Counted from the first letter of the stretch, positions 1 to 15,359 are shown. The stretch: DNA of 64,000 nucleotides from Mytilus trossulus (GCF_036588685.1 NC_086380.1:55118001-55182000), one strand, 5' to 3'. Translations and numbers: made by a program. Notes: generated by a model from the letters alone, not told the origin.

Positions 1-1344
1 AACCATTGCATGTATAAGCCATTGCTTTGATGAAGAACAAACCAGCTTTTTATCAAAGTGCATACTTTGTTTTAAAGTGACACCTAACATCAACGCTTAT
101 CAACATCAATCGAAATTGAAAAAGCAAAATACTTATTTGGTAGACTTTGCACACATACTATAAGTTTTTTATTGAAATTAGATTACAAAATAGTGATCAC
201 ATATTGTAAGTATTACCAGAATCAATCAATATCTCGTCATTCTGTTTGTAGTAATAGCAATGTCATTTTGAAACAAGATGGTCTTCCATAGAACACCTAT
301 TTGTATATTTCAGGACTGTGTTAAACATGTAAAATGGAGTGTCATATTTCGTTGTTAGACCAATGTTTGCTTTGTTATCATCAGACTATATACATTGTTT
401 ATAACACTACTTGATTATAATACATTATTATATAATTTGGCGAAAAAGTAAACTAATACATCAAGAGAGATATTACTTAATTTATAGCTCGTACTTTGTA
501 TGCAGCCTAATTAACAAAACGTTCAAATTGTTTTACACATTTAGTATTTAATAGCTTACTATTACAGCTGACAGGTTTTGAATAAAAGTTGTGGTTATTC
601 CTGTGCACACAAGTAATATGAAATACTGTACACTAATGAACTAAAACAATTATAATTGTAATTGTCGCTCTGGTGCATTTAAAGTAATACGATCTACTGG
701 GAAGACATTTTCAAATACTTCGTTTTAAAACACTTTATAAATGTTTTCTGTTGTTGAAGAATGTGATAAAGATTATGTGACAACTGTTAATATATGTGAT
801 CTACTACTGGATTATGTTTTTTTCTTTGGTAAATAAAAACAAAATGTTGAGTTCCTATGCTACTGATGTTTATATTTCAATAAAAAAAGACAGAATATAT
901 ATAGATATAGGAAGATGTGATGTGAGTGCCAATGAGACAACTCTCCATCCAAATAAATATGTATATGTATACAAGAAAATTATTTCAAGATAATAACGTT
1001 GGTAATTGATCACTTTTACTAGTTTATGTTTACATAAAATCAAATCTATTAAAAGATAAAATCCCTATCAACTCATTTTTGCACGATTGATTTCAAAAGT
1101 AGAACGTGTCCGTACAGTACATTTTCAAATTTCAATGAAACATACCGTTTTTGCAAAATTCATTAAAAGGTTTTTAAAGGTAATCTTAACAATGCATCAA
1201 TATGATCAATAGTTCCCTAAAGACGAATGACATGAATACTATAGACATTTCTTATTTTGACGGATTGTCTGCCAAGATCAAAAGACATCTTTAGATGTCT
1301 TTGTTTTTCTTATGTGAATTATCACGGAATATATCATTAATATA

Positions 1345-2428
1345 CAGTGATCGGGAAGGACGTGCGACCTGCGCCTATAGCGCATATTCACCAGAAATGG
1401 CGCATAGAGTGACAAATGTAAGCGCCCACGTGGCGCACGATATTTTTCACATCGTTTCGAAACGTTTAGATATCGTCAAAAAGTTTTCCGATCGTGTTCC
1501 GTGCCGCCATGTGTGTGTACACAACTGTATAATGTTCCTCCAATCATAGGATCACCTATATATTTTAGGACGTCTCAGGTGTTTTCCTATGGTAATAGAA
1601 CCATGTGGTTTAACGTCTCGGGTGTTTTCCTATGGTAATAATAGAACCATGCGGTTTAACTGATAACCCCCAAAAACGCAATTAACCATTATGCATGATA
1701 TAATTTTTTATAAACAACTTTACATTTGTGAAATTTGGCTATTACAGACAAGATTTAACTCTAATAATAATCTTTTAATTTAGTTTAGCTTGCTATTATT
1801 TCGATTGAAAACCCCTGAAGCCTTTTTATGAATATAGTTTTTGTCTCCATAAAAGGCGCTTAACTGTCCTTGTCATTTTTTGGTCTTTGGCTCGTTTTGA
1901 CATTTTGTAAACATGACTTCAGCGTATTATTGTTTTGTTCTATCAATTAATGGTACTCTCTACTGTTATTCTTGTCATCTTGATGAAGTAATAATAATAA
2001 TACAAGAAATGCAGAGGACGTTCCTGAAATGACCTCTAATACGGAACGTCTGGAAAGAGTATGGTATCGACGAAGACCCAAATTTAATGTTAAAAAAACA
2101 TGAACATGAACAAGCCAATGCAACAATAACAGTTTAAACATTGTAAATAAAGGTTTATCTTTAATAGTGTCCGTTTTGGAAGAAGTTATTGTATATTCAT
2201 TGAAATTACAGAATCACAGGAACAATATTATTTAAAATCATAAAGGTAAACTTGTACCAACACCTCTTTTCCAAAACATTAGAAAATAATGATACTTTTT
2301 ATTTTTTATAAGTCAATTCGAATGGGCCACTCATTTGACAGAATGCCCCATTATTTTTTAAAATGGCCCATTGAATTTATTTTTGAGGGGCCCTGGGCCC
2401 ATAGTGAAAAAAACCTTCCAGATTACTG
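1345..2428. mobile_element. Non-autonomous TIR DNA element (hAT-like)
   Basis: Termini CAGTGATCGGGAAGG / CCTTCCAGATTACTG (13/15 inverted match). GC-richer subtermini, internal 2x ~45-bp repeat at 1570-1660, no clean TSD. Confidence 0.5.
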
Positions 2429-2922
2429 ATATATATATAAGAAGGAAACGAAACAACGCATTGTTAAAAAACCCAAAATGATTTAAATATCCAAATTCTT
2501 TTTCCGCAATGGTTATTTCAGCTCCATTCATTGTCATTATATGCGGTTTGGGTTGTGATTAATATAGTAACAGCACGATTATCTAAAGTTTGTATCTTCG
2601 ACCTTATTTTGGGCTCTGATTGGGAAATGTTTTCAATAAGATTAATAATATTCAGTTTGATATACATCACTTAAAAACAGAGTATCCTTATGCTTACTGC
2701 AGGGAGGCATTATTACATAGATTTTTTTACTGTTTCTATTACCAATTCAAACTTAACTTAAAAAATTGAAGAAGATGTATTGTAATGATAATGATGACAA
2801 GAACAAGTACAGACATAAAGATGTCGCAACTACTAAATTGGTAACACAGTTTTATTAGACAAATTTTGTGGAAGCAATGTATCCAATAATCGGACGGCCG
2901 ACACGTGTTGCTACTCGCAGCC

Positions 2923-3435
2923 ACTAGTAACCCGAATCTAGCTGGAACGGACAAACACGTGTTAACGCTATGTAAATGAGATTAATTGTCATTTTTTTTC
3001 ATCCAATTTAATCGAATTTAGTTAAATGCGTGTATTCTTAGTAAAGTAACATTTTGTGAAGCATGCGACTTTACTAAGAATACATGCATTTAACAAAATT
3101 CGATAAACTTTGATGAAAAAAAGATAAACAAATCAAGATTGTTTTGCTTGAGTGATTTACCTGCACAAAGCTCGGATCTCATCGATATTGATGCCAGTTT
3201 GAAATAGTTTAACGGGGGCGTGGCCTATTAAATTGACGTGCATCACCAGAAACTTGATTTCAAGTGATTCACCGCAAAGAAATCTATTTGACCGGCGTTA
3301 AAATGAATTGAAATGAATTGAAATGAATTAAAATATTTTTTTTATTTTTTGTCAATCTTTATCAAATGACAATTAATCTCATTTAAATAGCGTTAACACG
3401 TTTTTGTCCGTTCAAGCTAAATTCGGGTTACTAGT
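2923..3435. mobile_element. Palindromic MITE with ~70-bp terminal inverted repeats and an internal hairpin
   Basis: ACTAGTAACCCGAAT...ATTAATTGTCATTT at left is mirrored at ~3364..3435. A second inverted repeat lies at ~2992..3123. Confidence 0.85.
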
Positions 3436-3679
3436 AAGCTGATATATGAGTTTAAAAATCTCACTACCAATATAGAACTATACTTGACAAAATAGCGAAG
3501 TATTTTTTGAATGACGTACCGGAGTGTTTTATGCGTCTACATAAGAAAGAATGACATTTCATATGAAATTGAATTAATAAATAGCATTTTGATTTTCTTG
3601 CTAAACATTACCTATAACTATGAATTATTCAAAAAGATAGCTGTCTCAATAATGTTGACACCGAATAAAAAAAAGTATA

Positions 3680-5236
3680 ATCACAAAAATACTGAACTCC
3701 GATGAAAATTCAAAATTGAAAGTCCCTAATCAAATGTCAAAACCAAATGATAAAACACATGAAATGAATAGACAACAACTGTCATATTGCTGACTTGGTA
3801 ATTATCAACCAGAAACGGTAGTTTTTGTGATTGTACTTTTAATTTTAAAAATCTTTTAAATTTGAATAACTTGTCACATAAAGTATAATTTAAGAAAATA
3901 CTAAAATATCCGTAATTAACCGGGTTTTTAAAAAACAAAACTATACATATTAATACCAAATACCCAGGACATGACAATGTAATTGTAAAGTAGAGGTTTA
4001 ATCAGGTTAAAAGCACCTACACGATATTGATCTTTATTCAAATATTTGTAATTGTGACATTTTTCTATTGTTAAATTGAACAATAGTTTTGAAAATACAC
4101 CTATGACAATGTTTCCTTGTTTGTGAAAAAAAATCTACAACTTGGAAAAATACTTTGTTTTCGTCCTTGCGTTAGTTTTGTGAAGAATTTTTAAAGAAGG
4201 AAGATGTAACAGATTCTAGTATCATTTTCCTGTCGAAAGATAGCTACAATTTTATTTTATTTTATTATTTATGTTTAGACAAAAAATCCTTCGCTTATTT
4301 TCCTTGATGGACACACACCAGCGTTATGTATAATTTAAGACAAGAAATGCAAAAAAGCTAATATATCATCATTATCATTGGTCTCGTTTTAAAGTCCATA
4401 ATCTGTGACAAAACTGAGAACAATACTAATATATTAAAAAAATACAAAAATACTGAACTGCGAGGAAAATTCAAAATGGAAAGTCCCTAATCAAATTACA
4501 AGATCAGAAGATAAAACATATCAATCAAATGGAAATCAGCTGTCATATTCCTGTCTTGATAATTGTAAGCCGGAAACTGTAGTTTTTGTGATTTTACATT
4601 TTAACTACACATCTTTTAAATATGAACTACTTGTCATTTGAAGTATATTCAAATATTTACAAAATATGTCCAGAGAAGCCCGTATTTTTAAACACAAACT
4701 TATACACATTGATACTAAATACCTCTGGCATGACAATGTAACTGTAAAGCAGAGATTTAATCAGTTTAAAAGGACCTGGACGGTATTGTTCTTTATTCAC
4801 GTATTTAGTCACATTTTTGCAATGGAGACATTTCTTTCTTTGTTTTATTGAACAATAGTTTTAACAATACATATCTGACGATCTTTCCCTGCTTTTAAAA
4901 AATATCTTCAACTTGGGAAAATACTTTGTTTTCGTCCTGTGTGTGGGTTTCGTGAAGGAATTTGTAAAACTGAAAGATGTTCTAGATTTTGGAATCATTT
5001 TCTCGTCGAAAGATAGCAATAATTTGGTTTTTATTATTTGTATAAAGTTAAATTCCTTCGCTAGTTCATGGACACATACCAGCGTGATGTGTAATTCGGG
5101 ATATGTTATGGGTACAGGGTTGGTGTCTCAAGAGATGCAATGACCTGATAAATACAAAAAACTCATTTAATCATGAATACCATTGGTCTTGTTTTAAAGC
5201 CATCAATCGGTCTTAAATCTGAGAACAATACCAATA
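3680..5236. repeat. Diverged tandem duplication (~3680..4430 and ~4445..5236)
   Basis: Collinear blocks such as caacttgg(a/g)aaaatactttgttttcgtcct, tcgaaagatagc and gagaacaatac. Each copy starts with the same dispersed-repeat fragment. Confidence 0.85.
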
Positions 5237-5427
5237 CTGTAAATTCAGAAATTTATTGCGAGGTTTTTATTATTGCAAATAATGCGACTGAGTTGCAAAC
5301 GCAAAAATTAAAACTAGCATATTGTAATATTTTAACTGAATTAAGCATGACTTTTCTCAAAATCGTAAAAATTAAAATCGCATTCAAGTGTAAAATGACA
5401 AAATCGCAATAATTTCTGAATTTACAG
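5237..5427. mobile_element. Tc1/mariner-type MITE
   Basis: TIR CTGTAAATTCAGAAAT(T)TATTGCGA at both ends, with TA on both flanks (5235-36 and 5428-29). Confidence 0.88.
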
Positions 5428-6116
5428 TAAACTATATGAAAAAAGACAAATCACAAAAATAATGAACTCAGAGGAACCTTTAAAACAGAAAGTCCCTAAT
5501 TGAAGGATATGGAGCTTTTTTTGTTAATCAGCATATTCTGCATGAATTACAAATGTAAGATTCATATCAACATTAAAACAATTAATATGAAGCTAGTGTC
5601 TTGCTTATCAGTATATTCTTCAAGAAGTAAGTCTAATATAAACATTAAGACAATTAAAGACCAGTATTTTTTTTCAAGTATACATTGCTAGTTAACTATA
5701 TGTCATCATATGTAATTATATATCATCCTACCTGTAGTCTTTATGATTTTAACATGTATGTAAACAGACAATTGCTATTCTTATTTACATGTTTTATGTG
5801 AGTACTGAATGAGAGGCGGATAAGTGATATATTATACTCTCCTGTGTATTGAATGACAATGGTCAGTCGAAGAAATCGATATTCAAAAATTTATTCAAAG
5901 CAACAATAACCCGACCATGAGGCACAAAATTATAGCCAAAGGCGACCAATGGGTCCTCAATGTTGCAAGAAACTCCCACACCCGCAGACATACTTCAGCT
6001 GGCCCCTAAACAAATAGTGATACTAGTGCATTAATAATGGACGTAATACTAAAATCCTAATAAAAGAGGGACGTAAGATACCAAAGGGACAGTCAAATAT
6101 ACAGGAAACTTAAGTT

Positions 6117-6308
6117 AACAAGAATGTGTTCATAGTACACGGATGCCCCACTCGCACTTTCATTTTCTATGTTCAGTGGACCATGAAATTGGGGTCAAAA
6201 CTTTTATTTGGAATTAAAATTAGAAATATCATATCATGGGGAACATGTGTACTAAGTTTCAAGTTGATTGGACTTCAACTTCATCAGAAACTACCTTGAC
6301 CAAAAAAT
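6117..6308 (+). mobile_element. Helentron/HINE-like or satellite-associated repeat fragment nested in another dispersed repeat
   Basis: Starts AACAAGAATGTGT followed by ...tgtactaagtttcaagttgattgg.... Interrupts the repeat seen intact at 11705. Confidence 0.5.
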
Positions 6309-8348
6309 CATGCAAAACTAACAAAGGCCAGAGGTTCCTGACTTGTGAAAGGCGCAAAATTGCGGCGGGGTTAAACATTGTTCAAAACATTATCTTAGTA
6401 AATAAAAAATCAAACAATTTGGCGACAAAAGAACTACTTCATCCACAGAAATTAATTTAAAGCTCTCACCTGTTTATCGTGTATAAAGTATCATTAGCAA
6501 AGTATATTGGTCTATCTCATCGAAACACTCTATCTACAAATCCAGTATGTCAGAAACTATCATTACAGCAAACACCTGTTGTTGTGCGTAATCATTTGTG
6601 CACAATTGACACGAAAGCCTTTATACAAACAATATAAAAACAATTATACTTGTAATTATCGCTCTGTTACATTTAAAGCAATACGATCTACCGGGAAAAT
6701 ATGTTTTAAAACTTCCTTTGAAAACGATTTTTTAAAGGTCTTTTGTTGTTGTGACATAAATCAAGTGACACGTGATACTACATGCAAGGCTTTTTTTTGT
6801 ATGTTTGGTGAATAAAAACAAAACACGGGTACATGTATTATCTTTCTCATGTTGTTGTCAAATTGAAATGTTTGAACTTGCACTAAACAACAAACTATGA
6901 GGAATTGCTCTAAAATATTAAATCCTTATTCATAACCTTGTAATATATTCTCCTCTAGTAAATAATTTATAATTATGTTTATGCAAGTTATATTTGATGA
7001 ACTTTACATATGTACAACAAGAATATATGAAGTTTTTTCTTACCCTAACATATGTAAAAGATAATCCTCAATAGTTTAAGAAAACGTTGACCATTTTATA
7101 TTATCTACTTCTCTTTACGAACAACAAACAGATATAGAATGATGGTGTAAACGTATAGTTTACATTATATTTTGACGGCTTATTGTTTTAGTGTCAACAC
7201 CAATCGTTCAGTTGTGCTGCTAATAGTTATCTACACCCAAGTAAAATCACATCTGTGTTTAGATATGGAAATCCATAATTGCAGGTTAAAACTATTTTTT
7301 GGTAAATCCAACACCTTTTTCCCACATTACTGGACGGTCGAAGCCATTTTTTACGGTGTAGTTTTCATGAAATAGAACTAAAAAACAGGGTTTTTTGTTA
7401 CTCTTAAACTCTTGAATGTAAGGTACATGTACATGTATGAAACCATTAAAAAAAACCATTTCAAATACGGATACACACTGTTAACTAAGATTGAGGAAAC
7501 CATTATAAAAAAAAGACCAAAAGGTTTACTTGGCCACTCCAGAACGTCCTAGTTAGATGCAGTCCTAATATATGAATAAGGGTCTGAAATATAAAATTAT
7601 TCCGGCAACGCTAGTCTTGCTTACTTACAATGTTTTCGGTGTGAATGATTGATAATTCAGCTTTCAATGGTATTGATAATGCTTTGGAACCTTCAGCCAT
7701 ACGATGTACTTTCAGTATTTGATTTATGTACAGTTATTTGTAACATAAATGCAAAAGTAACTTTAAGGGTTAAAACCAAACTCATAAATTGAAAACAAAC
7801 TGACAACGCCATTGCAGAAAAAGACAGACAAACAATAGTACACAAGACACAACACAGAAAACTAAAAAATAAGCATTATGAACCCAAACGAAACGTGGAA
7901 GTGATTCTAGGTTTTCCTGGAGGGTTAGCAGACCCCTCTTTACTTTTGGCACCCATCATGTTACTCATGTATTAACAAACCCGGTAAATAATCTATTTGT
8001 ATTGGTCCCATTAGCTAAAAGGTAATGTGATTGTAGTAGACATATAAGAGGAACATATCCATTATCCTGTGTGAAACGGATATTCAATAACAGTCAACCA
8101 ACTCGTAATGGCGTCCGTAAACTTTACGACGGGATGATTTCAACTTCACCACTTGGAAATCTTATACATTGTGTTTGCCATCAATATATTGTAGTTCGTT
8201 CCTAAATTTGCTTCATTTAAGTGGTGTGTTTCTGTTGGGTCGTAATTCTCCTCTTATATTTGATGTGTTTCCGTAAGCTTTAGTGTGTAACCAAGATCTG
8301 TTTTCTTTCTCAATCGGTTTATGAATTTCAAACAGCCGTAAACTGGAG

Positions 8349-9485
8349 TACTGCTCGGAAAAACAAGCAAATAAAAATTTAAAAAAACAACTATACTCAG
8401 TGCAGATAATTAATAAATGAATTTATTTAATCGGATTTATTGTTTAAAGTGAAATACAATAAAGGACGCATACTTGTGAATTTTCAGAAACACCGTGCTT
8501 TGGTAATCCTTTTTGAAACGGTGGGACTTGTTTAAATCAGTAAAAATCATGTATATGTTGCAGAAGTCTAGAGGCAGTGCAGCACAGCGTATTGACCTTT
8601 GTTAAACGGCGGGAAGTGAACAGTAAGCGGATCGTCTCACTTATGTTCCCGATTACCCGGCTACACTGGACTTTCATGTGAAGGTTAGAATATAACAAAT
8701 AAGCATTTATGTTAAAAGTAAATTTACAACAAATACCGAACTCAGAGGAAAATTAAAAACGGAAAGTCCGTAATCAAAAGGAAAACGGAAGCTCAAACAT
8801 GTTAAACGACTGATTAACAACAAAGTAGATAGTCTAATTAGATTGGTCACATTTGTGAAAAGGGAACGGGATGGTAGTTAAGACATGAGAAACATATCTG
8901 ATATCATCTGTGAAACGGATATTCATAACGGTCAACCAACTCCTGATGGCGTGAGTAAACTTTACGCTGAAATGATTTCTACTTCACCACTTGGCACTTA
9001 TATAAATTGTGTTGGCCATTTTTGTATTGTAGCTCGGTTCTGTGTGTTGTGTTTCTGTGTTAACCTTTAATTAAGATGTCCGTAATGAATTTCTCCGCAG
9101 ATATCTGTTTAAGTTTTAACTTAAAACTTACTGCTAGTAAAAAAAACACAAATAAATAAAAAGAAAAACAAACAATTATTGCAGAAAATTAATAAATGTT
9201 TTAATGTGGTCGGATTTTTGTTTTTAAGTGAAATACACTGAATGACGCACACTTTTTTTTTATAGAAACACTGTGCTTTGGTGATCCTTGTTTAAACGGT
9301 GGAAAGTGTACAGTAAACGATTATTCTCACTTATGTTCCCGTTTACCAGGGTACTTTTGACTTTCATGTGAAGGTTAGATAAGAACAAATAAGCCTTAAT
9401 GTAAAAAATAAAATAACAAAAATAACGAACTCCGATGGAAATTAAAAACGAAAAGTTCCTAATCAAATGGGAAAATCAAAAGTTT
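8349..9485. repeat. Local tandem duplication (~8349..8795 and ~9129..9485)
   Basis: Shared tcggattt..., tctcacttatgttcc and gactttcatgtgaaggttaga blocks. Confidence 0.8.
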
Positions 9486-11704
9486 ACAAGTAGTTTAAAT
9501 CATGTTTTCTCTACATATAGTCAATAGTTAATGTAGGGTTATAATGATTAAGTGTACACAAAACTAAATATGTAGAACATGATTTTTACCATGTATATTT
9601 AATGCAGAAACTATATTTATCATGTTTATTATTATTGAAATTTATAACAATTATTAATGAAGTTCTTTACAGAAATATTTGTCTAAACTTGATATAATTA
9701 ATTTTTATAGAAAAAAAAATAGAACACTTTATTAACCTTTAATCAAGACTCAAAGCAGCATCATTGCCGAACACATAGTTCATTTAAAGAGATCTTCCGA
9801 ATCAACTGGACAAACACATAAATATTTGCAACTGGTATTTACTAAAACAACGATTTACTCATAAATAGCGGTAAATTGTTTACCTAGTATCTCAGGTATG
9901 TTAAAATGCAGAAACAATAGTTTATTTGCAATGTACGAACTGTTGTTTAAATACCAAAATAAGGCAACAGTAGCACTGTTTACAGTTGATAAATCAATTG
10001 AAAAAACAAAGCCGGGTTACAAACTAAAACTGTAGTTGTTATGAAGGAACTACATTGTAGTATTGGGTCATTGCTCAGAGTTTGGGGTCGCAATAGTTGC
10101 ATTAAAGGAAAACTAAAGAATTGAGAAAAACACAAAAATGTTTCCTCAAATCATCATCTCGTTATTATATATACCTTTAAAAAATAGTGTGTGTATGCGA
10201 ATGTATGCGTATATATGCAAAATTTGTCCCGACTTTACTTGTTGATAACCTTTGATTTGTCGAAAATCTTTTATGTTTTAATAAGTCTTTCCTAAATATT
10301 CATCGGAGAAGAAACATGAGAAATGCCATTTGATCAACTGAAAAAAAAAGATAGAAATGAACTATTGTTTTAAAACATCTCAATCTTTTTTCTTCGTCTG
10401 TAAACACGCTGCTGCAACCTACGTTTTCTAATGCGTAATCGTTACATCTTTAGTATATTCAAACTACTGTCAATCATCAAGTGACTTTCATAAATGTCAC
10501 ACACCGAAAGGGTACACATGCTACCTATGGTTTTTTCTCAGTCAATTTTTTTTCGCCTAAATCTTTGTTTTTAGTTTTTTCGACACGACTAATCGACATT
10601 TTTTCAATGTTTAACACTATTATGTATGTCGAAAATCAAAATCTATGTTTAGAAATTTGTTTTTGTCATCTCTTTGATCATTTGTTTTTTACAAATTGTA
10701 GATTAGAATCTGTTTAAAGGAAAAAGCATAACAACCCCTCCCCTTTTGAAAGCAAATGTTCGTTCCTTAATTGCTACAAAAGAGGGATGAAAGAAACCAA
10801 AGGGACAGTCAAATTCATAATTGAAAATAAACTGACAAAACCATGACTAAAAATGAAAAAAGGACAAACAGACAAACAATAGTACACATGACACAACATA
10901 GAAAACTAAAGAATAACAACACTAACCCCACCAAAAAACGAGGGGTGATCGCAGGTGCTCCGGCAGGGTAAGTAGATCCTGTTCAATATAAGTTGTTTCA
11001 AAAAACATTTGCATTTGCATTTGTTTCTATGTACCTAAATGAGAAATAGTTTACAAGTGTTAACAAATATTTTGTTCAAGTGATTGAGTTAGGTATATAG
11101 ATGTGAACAAATAATTAAATGTGAAACTAGTGTTCATAACATTAAAATAATTATGAACAAGTTTACTGTACATGGTGTTTGGTGTGAAGACGGAATAAAA
11201 CTATGCAAAAAAAATAGCCATTACTTATTTGCCACAAATACTTCGGAATTCGTCATCTGCAAACAATAAATATGACAAGAAATTGGAAAGAAAAAACATT
11301 GTTAGTATTTGAACTATATAATCATAATGACAAAGAAAAATGCAAAAATAGAGCCGCCAAATATCATACGAATAACAAAATTATAATCTTAGACCGTCAT
11401 TGCAAAAAATACAAAAATGACGTAAGTACAATTTTCTTGATAAGTCTTATAATGTCATGTCACAAAAGAAAAGAATGCAGAATCGTGGTCACCATACCTG
11501 ATACATAAACGCCGTTATCCTAAGAACAAACAATCAAGCAGAATCTACCAATCACTGATGATTTCAGTATCAGTTCCTTATTGTCATTTCTGTCAAAATA
11601 TGAGGCAATTCAAATGTTCCTTTTTTGTTTTTAACGTTTGGTGGGACAAATGCATCCCATAGATTCACCAAACCTTAAGTTATTCGTGAATTTTTATTTA
11701 TTAG

Positions 11705-12062
11705 AATTGAGAATGGAAATGGGGAATGTGTCAAAGAGACAACAACCCGACCAAATAAAAAAAACAACAGCAGAAGATCACAAACAGGTTTTCAATATAG
11801 CGGGAAATTCCTGCACCCGGAGGCGTCCTTCAGCTGGCCCCTAAACATATATATACTAGTTCAGTGATAATGAACGCCATACTAATTTCCAAATTGGACA
11901 CAAGAAACTAAAATTAAAATAAAACGAGACTAACAAAGGCCAGAGGCTCCTGCCTTGGGACAGGCGTGAAAATGCGGCGGGGTTAAACATGTTCTCAACC
12001 CTCCCCCTATACCTCTAACCAATGTAGAAAAGTAAACACATAACAATACGCACATTAAAATG
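11705..12062 (+). mobile_element. Dispersed repeat family C (other copies at 5905-6385, 33758-33848 rc, 62452-62582 rc)
   Basis: tgagaatggaaatggggaatgtgtcaaagagacaacaacccgacc... recurs in the window. Confidence 0.75.
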
Positions 12063-15000
12063 CAGTATGGTATTATTATAATTTTAGGTAAAAGTTGAAC
12101 TATTTAAAAATGAAAAATCGGATTTAGTTATTTATTTTGATAGCCACCAGTCAACAAGTTCCGATTTGTTTGGTAAGGAATGAATTCTTTCTAGTGTTCT
12201 CACAGACAACGAAAGACTTGACGCAATCGTCTATCGTCGACTTTTTCTCTATGGATTGGTAAATTATCTATCTATTATATGTGTGTTTCTCTGTCTTATA
12301 TGTTCTCCAATTTATTTATGGTAGTCCTGTTATGTAATGTTGTCATTTTTATGTTATTTTGTAACTTTGCCTTAAGATTGGGAGGTTTGGCAGCATGCCA
12401 AAAAAACAGATTCAACCTACCATTTCTCTTCTTAAAATGTCCTGTACCAAGTGTGGAAAATTGCCATTGTTATATTACAGTTGGTTTCTGTGTGCATTAC
12501 ATCTTAGTGATATGTTTCCTGTTTTGTCGTAGTTCTCCTCCTGTATTTAATGCGTTTCCGTGAGATTTTGTTTGTCACTCGAACAGTTTATTCTCAATTG
12601 ATTTATAAATAATTTCAAAAGCTGTATTCTACTGTTGCCATTTTTTATTTAAAAAAAAAACCAAATAAACATGTTAATACTATAATGTCCGTAAACGGTC
12701 AATAACAGATAATTAAAACATGCTTGCACAACTATTCTACTGCTTTTGAGTATAAAAAAAATAATTGAGACTCAATTTTCTAGCTAAAGTTTTAAAAACG
12801 AAACAAATGGGTGAATGATAACAAAATAACGTACTATACATATGTATACAGTAAAATATATATTGATGTTAAGATACATCGGCAAAGAAAACTTGATTTC
12901 CCATTTTCACATCAGCAATTGTCGTTTGTTGCATGGATATAGTTTAATCATCAACTCAAATGTTTAACGAATGATATAATTTTACGAGGCTTTGTATGCA
13001 GTGATTGGCAAAACCACGAAATCGGATATTAAATATAGAAGTTTGTAGCTAACCAGTAAATTTGATACCAGCGAAAATGAATGAAATCACACACCTTTGC
13101 AATAAGTCGATTAATTAGCATAATAAACATCCTTGATTTAACAAATACATCATTAAAATACATCATCGTTCAATGTAGTCATGTGCTGATCAGGAACATA
13201 TACTATGTATGGATATTCCTTACTAAGTAATTTTTCATAGTCATAGGGGCACTAATTAGCATCTGCAGTATATATTACTACCATACAAAATAAATCATTT
13301 AGACACCGACCTGCAAGCTATAAAATGCCCCATGAATGTCTAGTGTAAAACCATTTAAACGGGAAAACCAACGGTTTAGTGTATATACTGTACGGATTTC
13401 GACGTTGAGCACCAATATACTTTATTATACTCTGGAGAGTGTAACCCATGTAAAAAGAATGCAGAAAAAGCTAAGGGCATATTATAAAGTAAACCATTAT
13501 AGATCTACAAACATTTACTGGAAAATTAAAAACGTTGCGGAGATCTTTATATTAGTAAGTGTTCGGCCTACCAGTCAACATCTATATAATTGTGTTCGTA
13601 TGTAATGCAGAATCACCACACCTTCCGAATTCATTTTTAATTATATAGAATCTAATAAATGTAATTTAGAATGGAAACGAGATATATGTCAAGGAGATCA
13701 CGATCTGTTTGAAGAAAAGAAAATGCCAAACAAATGTCTTCAGCGCAGCTAAAACATCTCTTAAAACGAATCGACTTCAGCTTGCCACTTTATCTAAATA
13801 ACGATGTATATAAGTTCGCCGAAGGGACGCAGTTAGCTAATGAATTATATCTAAAGTAAATTTGAGAGATCGACACAGGTTTATCAAGTTTATCAGAAGG
13901 ATTAAAGGGCAAATAATTTCATTGTAAATAAGCAGTATTGCTTATTTTGACTGAATGTTATCAATCTGGAATTACTAAAGAAGTACATCATTTCGTTATT
14001 GGAATGATTTATTAAAAATAAAATGAAGACAGAAGTTATCCGAGTTGGACTATTTACCGGATTTGTATTATATAAGCAACACGACGGGTGCTACATGTGG
14101 AGCAGGATCTGCTCATCCTTCTGGAACACCTGAAATCACCCATAGTGTCTAGTGAAGTTCGTGTTGTTTATCCTTTAGTTTGCCTTGTTGTGATATGTGT
14201 ACTTTTGTTTATCTGTTTGTCATTTTCATCTTTGGATATGGCGTTGTCAGTTTATTTTCGATTTATGAGTTGGCTGTTCCTCTGGTATCTTTCGTCCATA
14301 TCTACAAAACATTACATTATATTCAGTTTCATTATGATAATATCATTGTGATATCATCATTATAAAAATGAAACAAATTAAAAAAAGAGTGTGTGTTCTT
14401 AAACTTGGTAATGTAGACATATAATCAAAAGACTTGGTACTTTCTTTAAAAAAAAATCAAAAAATAAAGCAGATGGAATGTGTTATGTGTAAACTTGTCC
14501 CTTTTACCTTATAACAGAAGAATTTAAATCTGAAATAAAATATTAAAACATGCGCTCCTGTTTCTGAAACTTAAACAAGAAGTAATGTTTCTTATTCAAA
14601 ACAGTAACTATTGCCTTAAGAATGCATTTTTAAAAAATGAATTTTATAAATTTAAGAAAAACACCAAACTAATTGTTACAGTTGAAATGTCGTATATCCA
14701 AACATATGAATTAAAACTGATTTTCCCTGTTTTTTTTTGTTTTTTTTTTGCTTCAATCGCTTTGCCATCAAGTTAACAACTCCCTTTAATAAAAAAAAAA
14801 GAATCGAACTTCAAAAAAGAAAGTCTGTTATCAATTGGCAAAATCAAAATGCTGACATTTTTAATATTTTCGAATTCACGATTGTCAGCAATTGCTCTGC
14901 AGTTGGGTTTTATATACGTATACGTGAGAACAAACGCTAATTCATTATTTTAGTAAACAAATGAATCATAAAAAAAAACTACAGTTCAAATTTCATAAAA

Positions 15001-15359
15001 GACAAACACTCATAAAGTTTCTTCACAGAAAGCACTTCACAATAATAATCACTACAAGAAACCTTCAAACAAATAGGCCATTATCAGTCGTCAAAACCAA
15101 GAGCTCAAACACACCAAACGAATGTAACACAACTATCATAATTTGACTTGGTATAGTCATTTTCTTAAGTAGAATATTCACATACTATATTAACTAATTC
15201 AGAAAATCGTCGAGTAAGCCTTATAGATAACAATTTCAGTAAAAGTAAAAACATGACAATGCAAGAAATTTGGTATATTTTCTGGCATAAAGAGAGGAGA
15301 CTGTAGTTTGAAAATGCCATTCAATAAAAAAAAAAAGGAACCAGGATTGTCATTTTATA

